DNA of 64,000 nt from Bacteroidaceae bacterium (GCA_017555825.1 JAFZFQ010000022.1:7174-71173), one strand, 5' to 3'. Shown: positions 37,461 through 47,518, numbered from the stretch's first letter. The notes: generated by a model not told the origin, from the letters alone. Made by a program: numbers and translations.

Positions 37461-40244
37461 TTATAATTTGTCTTGTAAAAAGTTTCCGGTATAAGATTGT
37501 GGGCAGGCAGCAACCTCTTCGGGAGTGCCACAGCATACAACTTCGCCACCGGCATCGCCACCTTCGGGTCCCATGTCGATGATGTAGTCGGCGCACTTGA
37601 TTACATCGAGGTTGTGCTCGATGATGATAACCGTGTGTCCGCGTTCGATGAGGGCGTTGAGCGACTTCATCAGTGTGCTGATGTCGTGGAAGTGCAAGCC
37701 TGTTGTGGGTTCGTCAAAGATAAATATAGTGGGCTCTTGGCGTTCGTTGCTCAGATAATAGGCGAGTTTTACGCGTTGGTTTTCACCGCCCGAAAGGGTC
37801 GATGACGATTGTCCCAGCTTGATATATCCAAGACCCACGTCTTGAAGCGGTTTTAGACGCTTGATGATGCGTTTTTCGGTAGTACCTTCTACCTCACCAA
37901 AGAATTCAATAGCTTGGTTGATGGTCATATCGAGTACATCGTTGATATTCTTGCCACGATACTCTATATCGAGCACCTCTTGCTTGTAACGCTTGCCCTT
38001 GCACACCTCGCATTCGAGGGTGATGTCGGCCATAAATTGCATGGAAACAGTAATGGTTCCATCGCCTTTACAGTTTTCGCAGCGGCCACCCTCGGCGTTG
38101 AACGAGAAGTATGATGCACTAAATCCCATCTGCTTGGCTCCTTGTTGGTCGGCAAAGAGGTGGCGTATCTCGTCAAAGGCCTTGAGGTATGTTGCAGCAT
38201 TTGAGCGCGAAGAGCGGCCTATGGGGTTTTGGTCGACATATTCGACTCCCTTTACCAGCTTCATATCGCCACTGATGCCGGCATGTGTGCCGGGTATGTC
38301 GCCTCCCAGGCCATAGTGGCGTATGAGGGCGCGATATAGTATATTGCTCACCAAGGTCGACTTGCCCGATCCGCTCACGCCCGTTACCACGGTCATTACT
38401 TTGAGAGGGAAAGTAACATCGATATTTTTCAAGTTGTTTTGTGCTGCACCCTCTACTTTTATATAGTTGTTCCAATGACGACGTTGCGCAGGTGTGGGTA
38501 TGCTCAACTCGCCCGATAGGTATCGTAGGGTGTAGCTTTGTGTGTCGGATATGCTGTCGGTATATGCTCCTTGAAATACCACTTCGCCACCCAATCGGCC
38601 GGCTTTGGGGCCTATATCTATAATGTAATCGGCTGCACGTATGATGTCTTCGTCGTGTTCTACAACCACAACGGTGTTGCCCAACTGTTGTAGTTGTCGC
38701 AGTACCTTTATGAGCAGGGCTGTGTCGCGCGAGTGTAGGCCGATACTCGGTTCGTCGAGTATATACAGAGAGCCTACAAGGCTACTGCCCAATGATGTTG
38801 CCAAGTTGATGCGTTGGCTTTCGCCACCCGATAGGGTCGACGATAGGCGGTCGAGAGTGAGGTATCCGAGTCCTACATCGAGGAGAAATTGCAAGCGGTT
38901 GCGTATCTCGGTGAGTAGTCGAGTAGCTATGCGCATATCGGTCTCGTCGAGTTCTATATGGGCAAAGAATTGGTGTAGCTCCTTGACCGACATGGCAACC
39001 AGCTCCATGATGGTTTTGTTGCATACCTTTACGTATGAGGCGGCGGGCTTGAGGCGTGATCCGTTGCATGAGGGGCATGTTGTCTTGCCACGATAGCGCG
39101 ACAGCATCACACGATATTGTATCTTGTATTGGTTTTCTTGCAACATCCTGAAGAAGTCGTTGAGGCCGTAAACACCCTCACGACCGTGCCACAAAATATG
39201 TTTCTCCTCGTCGGTGAGTTGATAGTAGGGTCGGTGAATGGGAAATCCTGTGCGCTCGGATGCAGCTATAAACTCTTTTTTCCACTCGCTCATTTTCTCG
39301 CCGCGCCAGCACAGTACGGCATCTTGATATATAGAGAGTGTCTTGTTGGGGATGACCAAGTCCTCGTCTATACCCATTACGCGGCCAAAACCCTCGCACT
39401 CGGGGCATGCTCCGGCAGGGCTGTTGAAGTTGAACATCAAGTCGCTGGGCGCTTCAAACTCTATGCCATCGGCCTCAAATCGCTTGCTGAAGTTGTGTTC
39501 TACAATCTTACCATCTATATGCAATTGCATTGTACACTCGCCGTTGCCTTCGAAAAAGGCTGTCTCGGTCGAGTCGGTAAGTCGACTTATGGCCGCACCA
39601 TTGTCGGCCACAGCCATGCGGTCTACCAGCAGGCGGGCTGTTTCAATATTGTAGGGCTCTGTTTGTGATAGAATCTCTTCTATCATCACAAATTGGCCAT
39701 CTTGTTCTATGCGGGTAAATCCCTCTTTGAGCAACACAGCCAAGTGGTCGTTGAGACTGCGACCTTGAGGGATGATGAGGCGTGTGAGTAGGGCAAAGCG
39801 AGTACCCTCGGGGTATGCAAGCATGCAGTTGACTACATCCTTTACATCGTGGCGACGCACCTCCTCGCCCGATACAGGCGAAATAGTGCGACCAATGCGA
39901 GCAAACAGCATGCGCAAGTAGTCGTATATCTCGGTCGATGTGCCCACCGTTGAGCGGGGGTTGCGAGTATTTACCTTTTGCTCAATGGCAATGGCAGGGG
40001 GTATGCCCTTTATGTAGTCGCACTCGGGCTTGTTCATGCGTCCGAGAAACTGTCGTGCATAGGCCGATAGGCTCTCGACATATCGGCGCTGTCCCTCGGC
40101 ATAGAGGGTATCGAATGCCAGCGACGACTTGCCCGAACCCGACAATCCCGTAACCACCGTGAGGGTGTTGCGGGGGATGCGAATGTCTATATTTTTCAGG
40201 TTGTTGACCCGAGCTCCTTTTATGATAATTTCTTCTTGCGACAT
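37461..40244 (-). CDS. uvrA: Excinuclease ABC subunit A
   Basis: 927 aa. Two ABC ATPase modules (GLSGSGKSSLAFDT; GVSGSGKSTLV) and zinc-finger CxxC pairs. Full UvrA pattern. Confidence 0.96.
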   Translation of the reverse strand: MSQEEIIIKGARVNNLKNIDIRIPRNTLTVVTGLSGSGKSSLAFDTLYAEGQRRYVESLSAYARQFLGRMNKPECDYIKGIPPAIAIEQKVNTRNPRSTVGTSTEIYDYLRMLFARIGRTISPVSGEEVRRHDVKDVVNCMLAYPEGTRFALLTRLIIPQGRSLNDHLAVLLKEGFTRIEQDGQFVMIEEILSQTEPYNIETARLLVDRMAVADNGAAISRLTDSTETAFFEGNGECTMQLHIDGKIVEHNFSKRFEADGIEFEAPSDLMFNFNSPAGACPECEGFGRVMGIDEDLVIPNKTLSIYQDAVLCWRGEKMSEWKKEFIAASERTGFPIHRPYYQLTDEEKHILWHGREGVYGLNDFFRMLQENQYKIQYRVMLSRYRGKTTCPSCNGSRLKPAASYVKVCNKTIMELVAMSVKELHQFFAHIELDETDMRIATRLLTEIRNRLQFLLDVGLGYLTLDRLSSTLSGGESQRINLATSLGSSLVGSLYILDEPSIGLHSRDTALLIKVLRQLQQLGNTVVVVEHDEDIIRAADYIIDIGPKAGRLGGEVVFQGAYTDSISDTQSYTLRYLSGELSIPTPAQRRHWNNYIKVEGAAQNNLKNIDVTFPLKVMTVVTGVSGSGKSTLVSNILYRALIRHYGLGGDIPGTHAGISGDMKLVKGVEYVDQNPIGRSSRSNAATYLKAFDEIRHLFADQQGAKQMGFSASYFSFNAEGGRCENCKGDGTITVSMQFMADITLECEVCKGKRYKQEVLDIEYRGKNINDVLDMTINQAIEFFGEVEGTTEKRIIKRLKPLQDVGLGYIKLGQSSSTLSGGENQRVKLAYYLSNERQEPTIFIFDEPTTGLHFHDISTLMKSLNALIERGHTVIIIEHNLDVIKCADYIIDMGPEGGDAGGEVVCCGTPEEVAACPQSYTGNFLQDKL

Positions 40245-40273
40245 TGTATAAGTGCGACGATTATTAAACTCGC

Positions 40274-40281
40274 AAACTTAC
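40274..40281 (-). promoter_or_regulatory. -7 promoter box TAagTTTG (uvrA)
   Basis: Exact TAnnTTTG on the minus strand, 30 nt upstream of the uvrA ATG. Confidence 0.45.
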
Positions 40282-40350
40282 ACAAAATCGTTGAAATAAT
40301 CAATAGATAGTAGTAGGATAATAGTGCTTGCTCGCTGTAAGTGGGGGCGT

Positions 40351-41640
40351 TTAATGCTTGCTCAGTGTGAAGTCAAATCGCAGGCCTCCGGTGTTTCTGT
40401 TGCGTACTGTAATTGTACCTCCGTGAAATTGTACTGCGTGCTTGACAATGGCAAGGCCAAGTCCGGTTCCTCCCATTCTGCGAGAACGCCCCTTATCGGC
40501 ACGATAGAAACGTTCAAATAGTCGTGGTAGTTGTTTCTCTTCAACACCACAGCCGTCGTCTTCAAAGCATATCTTGCAGTGTGTATCGGTGTTTTCTACC
40601 AAGGAAATATAGATGTTTTTGCCTCCCGAGTAGGCAATGGCATTCTCTGTAAGGTTGCGGAAGATAGAGCCTATTAACGATAGATTGCCTTCTATTACAG
40701 CCTGTTCGTTAAAGTTTGCGTGGAGTGTAAATCGCTCTTCTTCGGGCATGAATTCCAGCTCGGTAGCAATTTCGTCAATTATATTGTTTATAACGATAGG
40801 CTCTTTAGAGATACTTTGGCTACCATCTTCCATGCGGGTAATAAGAGATACTTCGCTCAATAGCTTGCGAAGTCGCTCGTTGTGTGTGTAGCAACGCTCG
40901 ATGAGTTCTTGACGTTTTTCGTCGCTCAGACTGATGCCCGAAAGTAGGGTTTCGAGGCATACTTGAATAGAAGCTACCGGGGTTTTTAGTTCATGGTTGA
41001 TATTATTTGTAAGTTGGCGTTTGATGCGGTTTTTCTCCTGTTCGGCCTCATAGTGATTTACCCGTTCAATATACATGCCAAGTTTGCGGGTGGTAAAATA
41101 GGCCAATATGCTCATTGCAAGACTCACCGATACCATCACAACGAGAAATGACCAGTCGGCTTCGAGCAGGTCGTGCAGTGTGTTAGAGTAGGGAATGGCT
41201 GTGCGAACAATGACCCTTGAGCCACGTGTGGCCGAGTAGAAATATTCCCTTCCGTCGCTGAGCGATTGTCGCCCAATATTGTAACCCATGCCATATTGCA
41301 GAGCATTTGCAACCTCCGGGCGGTTGCGGTGGTTGTCGAGCGAGTCGAGTGGTATGGTATTGTCGTAGACTACGGCTCCCGAAAAGGTGATTATAGAGAT
41401 TCTCAATTCATCGAAAGGCTTGTTGTGAGCCTCGATATACTCCTCGTATGCAAGCCCCTCTTCTATGGTTTCGAGTAGGTGTGTGTTGAATTGTTGAAGC
41501 TGAGCGTTCAAGAATTGTGATTTGTACTCTTTCTCTCGCACATATTGAAATCCGATAAAACAGAGTACAATTGTCCACGAGAATATGAGTAATAATAGAA
41601 ACAGACGCTTGTGAAATGACACTTTAATCTCGGAAGCCAT
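40351..41640 (-). CDS. Sensor histidine kinase (probable PhoR-type partner of the adjacent regulator)
   Basis: Two TMs. H-box NINHELKTPVASI; N/G boxes (NLTENAIAYS, DDGCGV, GGTGLGLAIVK). The ATG at 41640 overlaps the upstream response-regulator stop. The Pho role is inferred from context only. Confidence 0.85.
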   Translation of the reverse strand: MASEIKVSFHKRLFLLLLIFSWTIVLCFIGFQYVREKEYKSQFLNAQLQQFNTHLLETIEEGLAYEEYIEAHNKPFDELRISIITFSGAVVYDNTIPLDSLDNHRNRPEVANALQYGMGYNIGRQSLSDGREYFYSATRGSRVIVRTAIPYSNTLHDLLEADWSFLVVMVSVSLAMSILAYFTTRKLGMYIERVNHYEAEQEKNRIKRQLTNNINHELKTPVASIQVCLETLLSGISLSDEKRQELIERCYTHNERLRKLLSEVSLITRMEDGSQSISKEPIVINNIIDEIATELEFMPEEERFTLHANFNEQAVIEGNLSLIGSIFRNLTENAIAYSGGKNIYISLVENTDTHCKICFEDDGCGVEEKQLPRLFERFYRADKGRSRRMGGTGLGLAIVKHAVQFHGGTITVRNRNTGGLRFDFTLSKH

Positions 41641-42325
41641 AACCAAAACCTGAACGTGTAACAATATAAGAGCCGTAAGTGCCTATCTTTGACCTTACGC
41701 GAGTGATGTTTACATCGATGGTTCGATCCAGCACAACAACTTCATCCTTCCACACTTTACTTAATATCTGCTCTCGGGATAATATTTTGCCACGGTTCGA
41801 TATAAGATAGGCCAATAACTCAAACTCCTTTCTTGCGAGTTTTACTTCTATATCATCTACAATGCAACGTTTAAACTCTAAGTCGAGTTTGAGGCCTTCG
41901 ACTTGTAGTATATTGGACTTTTCTGATGACGATTTGTTACCACCTATATTTCCCGATGTGCGACGCAATACACTCTTGACACGCGCAACAACATTGCGAA
42001 TGGTGTAGGGCTTCATAATATAGTCGTCGGCGCCCAAGTTTAAGCCCATAACCATATCGTCCTCGCTGTCTTTGGCTGTGCAGAAAATAATAGGGATGTG
42101 AGCCGTGCTCACATCAGACTTGAGCATCTTGGCCATCTTGATGCCGCTTATCTCGCCCATCATTATATCGAGAAGAATGAGTGAGTATTGTTTCAAATCG
42201 AAGGTCAAAGCCTCCTCGGCACTGAAAGCAATATCTACGTCATAACCCTCATTTTCAAGATTGAGTTGTAATACCTCGCACAAGGTTTCCTCGTCATCTA
42301 CTATCAATATACGATCTGTTTGCAT
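41624..42325 (-). CDS. OmpR/PhoB-family response regulator
   Basis: MQTDRILIVDDEE...LILLDIMMG (receiver domain) plus a winged-helix C-terminus (KEFELLAYLISNRGKILSREQILSKVW...GFGY). Confidence 0.9.
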   Translation of the reverse strand: MQTDRILIVDDEETLCEVLQLNLENEGYDVDIAFSAEEALTFDLKQYSLILLDIMMGEISGIKMAKMLKSDVSTAHIPIIFCTAKDSEDDMVMGLNLGADDYIMKPYTIRNVVARVKSVLRRTSGNIGGNKSSSEKSNILQVEGLKLDLEFKRCIVDDIEVKLARKEFELLAYLISNRGKILSREQILSKVWKDEVVVLDRTIDVNITRVRSKIGTYGSYIVTRSGFGYGFRD

Positions 42326-42479
42326 ATACCTTAATATATAATTTGGGGGCAAAAATACCGAGAATTGTTGAAGCATAAAATATGTAACAAAAGATTTAAT
42401 AAAAATGTAACATTTTACTCAAAATCAGCATTTAACCAAAAGCTAATTTTTTTGAAACAATTATGAAACCATTGCCCGA

Positions 42480-42487
42480 TACTTTTG
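42480..42487 (+). promoter_or_regulatory. -7 promoter box TActTTTG (porin-pstSCAB operon)
   Basis: Exact TAnnTTTG, 28 nt upstream of the porin ATG. Confidence 0.5.
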
Positions 42488-42515
42488 CATCGTCAAACAA
42501 TAACAGACAATAACA

Positions 42516-43496
42516 ATGAAAACAAAACTTTTTTTGGCAGGTGTTATGGCCTGCATGGGTATCTGGGCACAAGCGCAAGATGCCAAAACAGAAGAGCCTA
42601 AAGGCAAAGCAATTGTACAAGTATTTGGAAACTTTCATGCCGACTTTGCCGGCGAGAGCAACAGCTTGGCGTTTGAATTGGAGCGTAGCTACTTGGGCTA
42701 TGAATACAAATTTGACAAAGGCCTTTCGGTAAAAGGTGTGATGGATATAGGAAAATCAAGCGACGTTTCAGACTATCAGCGTATAGCTTATATTAAAAAT
42801 GCCATGGTGTCGTGGAAGACAGGTGGTTTGACTCTTAATGGTGGTCTTATTTCGACTACGCAATTCAACTTCCAAGAGAAGTTCTGGGGCTATCGTTATA
42901 TAATGAAGTCGTTCCAAGATCAATACAAGTTTGGTAACAGTGCCGATTTGGGTATTTCGGTTGCATACAAATTTGCCGACTGGGTATCGGCCGATGCTAT
43001 CATTGTGAATGGTGAAGGTTATAAAAAAATTCAAGTAAACAATGGCTTTAATTATGGCTTGGGTTTGACGCTTACACCGGTAAAAGGGTTCCAAATACGC
43101 TTGTATGGAGGATTGAACGACAGTGGTGTAGAGGGTAAAACATCAACAATCAATATGGCTGCCTTTATGGGTTATAAGAGCGACAAGTTTACTATCGGAG
43201 CCGAGTATAATCACATGCTCAATGCTTCTTATGTTGCCGGTAACGATCAATATGGCTATTCGCTGTTTGCATCGGCGCAAGTTGCCAAGTATGCCGACGT
43301 GTATGCCCGATTTGATGATCTTTACTCAAAGGATAATTGGAACATAAAAAAAGACGAGCAGGCTGCAATTCTTGGTGCTCAGTTCAAATTGGGCAAGTAT
43401 GTCAAGTTGGCGCCCAACTTCCGCATGAGCAAGCCCAAGGCCGACGGTGCGAGCTATGAATACTCGGCTTATGTAAACTGTTACTTTGGTTTTTAA
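42516..43496 (+). CDS. Outer-membrane beta-barrel porin (putative phosphate-selective, by context)
   Basis: 326 aa. Signal peptide (GIWAQAQ), alternating beta-strand pattern, and a C-terminal aromatic beta-signal (YVNCYFGF). It is the first gene of the pst operon. Confidence 0.65.
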   Translation: MKTKLFLAGVMACMGIWAQAQDAKTEEPKGKAIVQVFGNFHADFAGESNSLAFELERSYLGYEYKFDKGLSVKGVMDIGKSSDVSDYQRIAYIKNAMVSWKTGGLTLNGGLISTTQFNFQEKFWGYRYIMKSFQDQYKFGNSADLGISVAYKFADWVSADAIIVNGEGYKKIQVNNGFNYGLGLTLTPVKGFQIRLYGGLNDSGVEGKTSTINMAAFMGYKSDKFTIGAEYNHMLNASYVAGNDQYGYSLFASAQVAKYADVYARFDDLYSKDNWNIKKDEQAAILGAQFKLGKYVKLAPNFRMSKPKADGASYEYSAYVNCYFGF

Positions 43497-43532
43497 TAAT
43501 AAATTGATAAACAACGAATTGAAATTTGAAAT

Positions 43533-44591
43533 ATGAAAAAGATTTTTTATTCAGTGATGACATTGGCAATTGTTGCTACCATGGTGGCATGTGGTATTGC
43601 CGATAGTGGTAATCGTGCAGCTCAAGAGCTCTCGGGAGCCGGTGCAACATTTCCCCTTCCTTTCTACAATGTTGTTTTTGAACAGTATGCCGAGGTAAAT
43701 GGCGATGCAGTAGCCTACGGTGGTATAGGCTCAGGCGGTGGTGTTCGCAACTTGCGTGATAAGATTGTCGACTTTGCCGGTAGCGATGCTTTCCTCTCGG
43801 AGAAGGAGATGGCCGATATGCCCGAGGTAATTCATATACCTACTTGTATGGGTGCAGTGGTTCTTGCCTACAACCTCGATGGTGTAAGCGAACTCAACCT
43901 CTCGGGCGAGGTGATTGCCGATATTTTTGCCGGTAACATCAAGGTGTGGAATGATGAGCGTTTGGTGGCCCTCAACCCTGGTGTAGAGCTTCCTGCCGAG
44001 GCGATTATCCCTGTATTCCGCTCAGATGGCTCGGGTACTACATTCGTATTCACCGATTATCTCACAAAGGTGAGCCCTATGTGGAGCGAGACATTTGGTG
44101 TCGGTAAGTCGGTAAACTTCCCTGCAGGTCAGGCAGCAAAGGGTAATCCCGGTGTTGCAGGTGTAATCAAGCAAACAAAGAACTCTATCGGTTATGTAGG
44201 CTCGGAGTATGCCTTTGCACAGAAGATTGCTTACGCAAAAATTCAAAACCTGCGCGGTGAGATCGTAGAGCCTACAGCAGCAAGTATTTCGGCTGCCGCT
44301 TCGGGTGAGATTCCTGCCGATACACGTTGCTCAATCACCAACTCTGATGCCTCGGGTGCATATCCTATCTCTACTTTCACCTGGATGATTATCTACAAGG
44401 AGCAGAATTACTCTGACCGCTCAATAGATCAGGCAGTAGCTACACTCGACCTTTTGCAGTATATCCTCTCGGACGAGGCGCAAAGCATAACATCTGAGGT
44501 ACACTATGCGCCGCTTCCCGAGAAAGCCAAGGAGATAAGTATGACAAACCTCAAAACCGTTACTTACGACGGAGTAGCAATCTTGCAATAA
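43533..44591 (+). CDS. pstS: Phosphate ABC transporter substrate-binding protein
   Basis: 352 aa lipoprotein-type signal; GAGATFPLPFY, SDGSGTTFVFTDYL. Confidence 0.9.
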   Translation: MKKIFYSVMTLAIVATMVACGIADSGNRAAQELSGAGATFPLPFYNVVFEQYAEVNGDAVAYGGIGSGGGVRNLRDKIVDFAGSDAFLSEKEMADMPEVIHIPTCMGAVVLAYNLDGVSELNLSGEVIADIFAGNIKVWNDERLVALNPGVELPAEAIIPVFRSDGSGTTFVFTDYLTKVSPMWSETFGVGKSVNFPAGQAAKGNPGVAGVIKQTKNSIGYVGSEYAFAQKIAYAKIQNLRGEIVEPTAASISAAASGEIPADTRCSITNSDASGAYPISTFTWMIIYKEQNYSDRSIDQAVATLDLLQYILSDEAQSITSEVHYAPLPEKAKEISMTNLKTVTYDGVAILQ

Positions 44592-44600
44592 ACGACATCT

Positions 44601-45458
44601 ATGAACGACAAGCTGTATAAAGTAATTTTATTCATAGCAGCATTGATAGTGCCGATAGTGTGCGGGGGTGTAGTTTACGCCCTCGTCACTGACGCGTACG
44701 ATGCGTTTGAGCACTTTGGGTTTTTCAAGTTCCTCACTTCGTCCGAGTGGAGCTATACCGAGGGTGCCGAGCAGTATGGTGCATTGCCATTCATCACGGG
44801 TACATTGACAACAACATTGTTGGCTCTGGTATTCTGCATTCCTTTTTCGCTCCCTGTGGCATTGTTTGTAGGTGAATATTTTAAAGGTACGAGGATTGCT
44901 GCAGTGCTTAGTACAGTAACCGACTTGTTGGCGGGTATTCCCTCAATCATTTATGGTCTGTGGGGATTCTATACCTTGCGACCTATCATTATGGCGCTCA
45001 ATATATCGCCACAGGGATCGGGCATTCTCACCGCATCGTTGGTCTTGGCTATCATGATTATTCCTTATGCCGCATCGCTCAGTGCCGAGTTTATCAAGAT
45101 GGTGCCAAACGATTTGAAGGAGGGTGCTTATAGTCTTGGTGCGACACGAGCCGAGGTTATCGGCAAGGTGGTGTTTCCCGTTGCAGGTTCGGGTATTTTC
45201 TCGTCGTATGTATTGGCTATTGGTCGTGCCTTGGGCGAGACAATGACCGTGACGATGCTCATTGGTAACACCAATAATATTCCCGATTCGATAACTTCAA
45301 CCGGAAACTCGATGGCATCAATCATCGCCAACCAATTTGGTGAGGCCGATGGCTTGCGACTCTCCTCTCTCATTGCAATAGGTCTTGTTCTCTTCTTGAT
45401 AACAGCAGCAATAAATATGGTGGGTAAGATAATGATTAAACGTGCAAGAATATCTTGA
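44601..45458 (+). CDS. pstC: Phosphate ABC transporter permease PstC
   Basis: 285 aa with 6 TMs and an EAA-like loop (EGAYSLGATRAEVIGKVVFP). Confidence 0.9.
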   Translation: MNDKLYKVILFIAALIVPIVCGGVVYALVTDAYDAFEHFGFFKFLTSSEWSYTEGAEQYGALPFITGTLTTTLLALVFCIPFSLPVALFVGEYFKGTRIAAVLSTVTDLLAGIPSIIYGLWGFYTLRPIIMALNISPQGSGILTASLVLAIMIIPYAASLSAEFIKMVPNDLKEGAYSLGATRAEVIGKVVFPVAGSGIFSSYVLAIGRALGETMTVTMLIGNTNNIPDSITSTGNSMASIIANQFGEADGLRLSSLIAIGLVLFLITAAINMVGKIMIKRARIS

Positions 45459-45461
45459 TTT

Positions 45462-46328
45462 ATGACTACATTCAAAATAAAAAATCGCTTGGCAAAGGAC
45501 AAGCTTATGTTGTGGGGAGTCTGTATCCTTGCAGCTCTTACGGCAGTCCCCCTGCTTGCCATTTTGGGAGAAGTATTGCTTCGTGGTTATGACCAGCTTT
45601 CGTGGTCGTTCTTTACCGAACCTACCCCCACAGCATATAAGGCCATGAAGGCTATCGAGGCGGGTGAGCGCATACCCGGAGGTATTGCCAATGGTATCAT
45701 TGGTACGATGATAATGCTCGGTATGGCAGTTCTTGTGGCAGTTCCCGTAGGTATCTTGTGTGGTGCTTTCCTTGCCGAAAATAGCAAGAAGCGTTTTGCT
45801 CAGGTCGTAAGTTACCTGACCGACCTCCTGCAAGGTACACCATCGGTGATTATCGGTATCATAACCTACATTTGGGTGGTAGTGCCCATGAAGGGTTACT
45901 CGGCCATTGCCGGTAGTGTGGCACTCTGCATCATGATGCTACCGCTCATTATCCGCTCTACCGAGGAGACGCTGAAAATTCTCCCTGCATCGCTCAAGGA
46001 GGCGGGCTTGGCGTTGGGTGGCAACAAGGCTCGTGTCATGCTCAAGGTGCAGTTGCCTGCGGCCTTTGGTGGTATCTTTACCGGTGTATTGCTTGCTATC
46101 TCACGTGTGATTGGCGAGACTGCTCCGTTGATGTTTACAGCCCTTGGTTGCTCGCTTATTCGTTTCTCTATCGATAAGCCCATCTCGGCAGTGCCATTGC
46201 TTATTTGGGAGTTCTTCAACGACCCGAACCTGCAAGAGCTTATTTGGGGCGCATCGCTCTTCCTCTTGTTGTTCGTTCTCACCCTAAACCTAACAGCTAA
46301 ATATCTTGCAAAGAAATGGAATCAGTAA
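45462..46328 (+). CDS. pstA: Phosphate ABC transporter permease PstA
   Basis: 288 aa; the EAA loop LKEAGLALGGNKARVMLKVQLP is typical of PstA. Confidence 0.9.
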   Translation: MTTFKIKNRLAKDKLMLWGVCILAALTAVPLLAILGEVLLRGYDQLSWSFFTEPTPTAYKAMKAIEAGERIPGGIANGIIGTMIMLGMAVLVAVPVGILCGAFLAENSKKRFAQVVSYLTDLLQGTPSVIIGIITYIWVVVPMKGYSAIAGSVALCIMMLPLIIRSTEETLKILPASLKEAGLALGGNKARVMLKVQLPAAFGGIFTGVLLAISRVIGETAPLMFTALGCSLIRFSIDKPISAVPLLIWEFFNDPNLQELIWGASLFLLLFVLTLNLTAKYLAKKWNQ

Positions 46329-47083
46329 AACCTATATTGGAGTTTAAGAAGACTTGTGTATCATATACCAAGCAGACAATGGCCGTAAAGTATGTATCGG
46401 CTGCTATCGAAAGAAATACAATCACGGCGATTATGGGCCCTTCGGGTTGTGGTAAATCGACACTATTGCGTGCCGTGAACCTTATGCACAATCTCTATCA
46501 GAACATTCGTGTCGATGGAGAAATCTTGCTCAATGGTGAGAATATCTTGTCGATGGAGCCTATCGATGTGCGTCGCCGCGTGGGTATGGTATTCCAGCGC
46601 CCGGCACCTTTCCCCACAATGAGTATCTATGATAATGTGCTTTCGGGCTTTGAGCTTAACGGTATTAAGCTGTCAAAAGCCGAGAGGGATGCAACCGTAG
46701 AGCGTTGCTTGCGCAGCGTGGCTCTCTGGGATGAGGTCAAGGATGTGCTCAACAAGAAGGGTACTTTCCTATCGGGTGGTCAGCAACAGCGCCTCTGCAT
46801 CGCCCGTGCCTTGGCAATGAAGCCCGATGTGCTGTTGATGGACGAGCCTACATCGGCACTCGACCCTATTGCAACAAAACACATTGAGGAGCTTTTGTTG
46901 GAGTTGCAGAAGGAGGTGACAATCCTTATCGTTACCCACAATATGGGACAAGCCAAGCGTATCTCTTCAAAGTCAATGTTCATGTACCTTGGCGAGTTGG
47001 TTGAGTATGGCGATACCGAAACGATGTTTACTAACCCCGTTGATGAGCGTACCAAAGCCTACTTGACAGGCAAGATGGGGTAG
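46316..47083 (+). CDS. pstB: Phosphate ABC transporter ATP-binding protein
   Basis: 255 aa; Walker A GPSGCGKST, signature LSGGQQQRLCIARAL, Walker B LLMDEPTSALD. Confidence 0.95.
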   Translation: MESVKPILEFKKTCVSYTKQTMAVKYVSAAIERNTITAIMGPSGCGKSTLLRAVNLMHNLYQNIRVDGEILLNGENILSMEPIDVRRRVGMVFQRPAPFPTMSIYDNVLSGFELNGIKLSKAERDATVERCLRSVALWDEVKDVLNKKGTFLSGGQQQRLCIARALAMKPDVLLMDEPTSALDPIATKHIEELLLELQKEVTILIVTHNMGQAKRISSKSMFMYLGELVEYGDTETMFTNPVDERTKAYLTGKMG

Positions 47084-47106
47084 TGTTTGGTTGCGATGAT
47101 AAAAAT

Positions 47107-47149
47107 GTAGTCCGTTGGGATTTTAATTCCCGACGGACTACTCTTTTTA
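47107..47149 (+). terminator. Rho-independent terminator after pstB
   Basis: 14-bp stem gtagtccgttggga/tcccgacggactac (one G-U pair), 7-nt loop, followed by tcttttt. Confidence 0.85.
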
Positions 47150-47263
47150 TAGGCGTTGCTCAATTGTCATGTTGAGGAGTATGCAAAATTGTATCCTCAG
47201 GCATTCTTTAAAATATAATGTGTGAGTCTCCATATTAGTTGCATAAGCAACTAATATAGGGGT

Positions 47264-47295
47264 ATAAAAAAGAGTCGCTACCTCGGGTAACGGCT
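47264..47295 (-). terminator. Terminator downstream of the small Cys-rich lipoprotein gene
   Basis: 10-bp imperfect stem (agccguuacc/gguagcgacu; one mismatch, one G-U) followed by CUUUUUU on the minus-strand transcript. Confidence 0.55.
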
Positions 47296-47317
47296 CAACT
47301 TCCTTCAGTGTAGTGAA

Positions 47318-47518
47318 TTACTCAGCTACAACTTCTTCTACAACTACGCAAGAGTCGCAGGGAGCAGCGCAAGAATCGCACTCGTTAGTGCAAGAATCGC
47401 AAACAACTTCCTCAACAGCAACAACCTCAACAGCCTCTTCAGTAGCAGCGGGTTTGCTAGTGCAAGCTGCGAAAGAAACAGCAGCAGCAACAGCGCAGAA
47501 CAATACTAATTTTTTCAT
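47318..47518 (-). CDS. Small acidic cysteine-rich lipoprotein (3 x CDSC), uncharacterised
   Basis: 66 aa: MKKLVLFCAVAAAVSFAAC (signal peptide plus lipobox-like FAAC), then a 47-residue Glu/Val-rich tail with CDSCTNECDSCAAPCDSC. It has its own -7 box and terminator. Coding status is inferred, not proven. Confidence 0.55.
   Translation of the reverse strand: MKKLVLFCAVAAAVSFAACTSKPAATEEAVEVVAVEEVVCDSCTNECDSCAAPCDSCVVVEEVVAE

Noticed and set aside
40323-40373. An imperfect 20-bp direct duplication (AGTGCTTGCTCGCTGTAAGT / AATGCTTGCTCAGTGTGAAGT). The second copy encodes the C-terminus of the histidine kinase.
   Set aside because: It is short, imperfect (about 16 of 20) and has no associated structure or ORF. 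It is most simply a small replication-slippage remnant at the gene end.
47230-47260. A perfect 11-bp stem with a 4-nt loop (atattagttgc-ataa-gcaactaatat) in the pstB/small-gene spacer, considered as a possible sRNA or REP-like element.
   Set aside because: It is a single copy in the window, with no promoter box in front of it on either strand and no U-tract directly after it. It is most likely an auxiliary or back-up terminator between convergent units.
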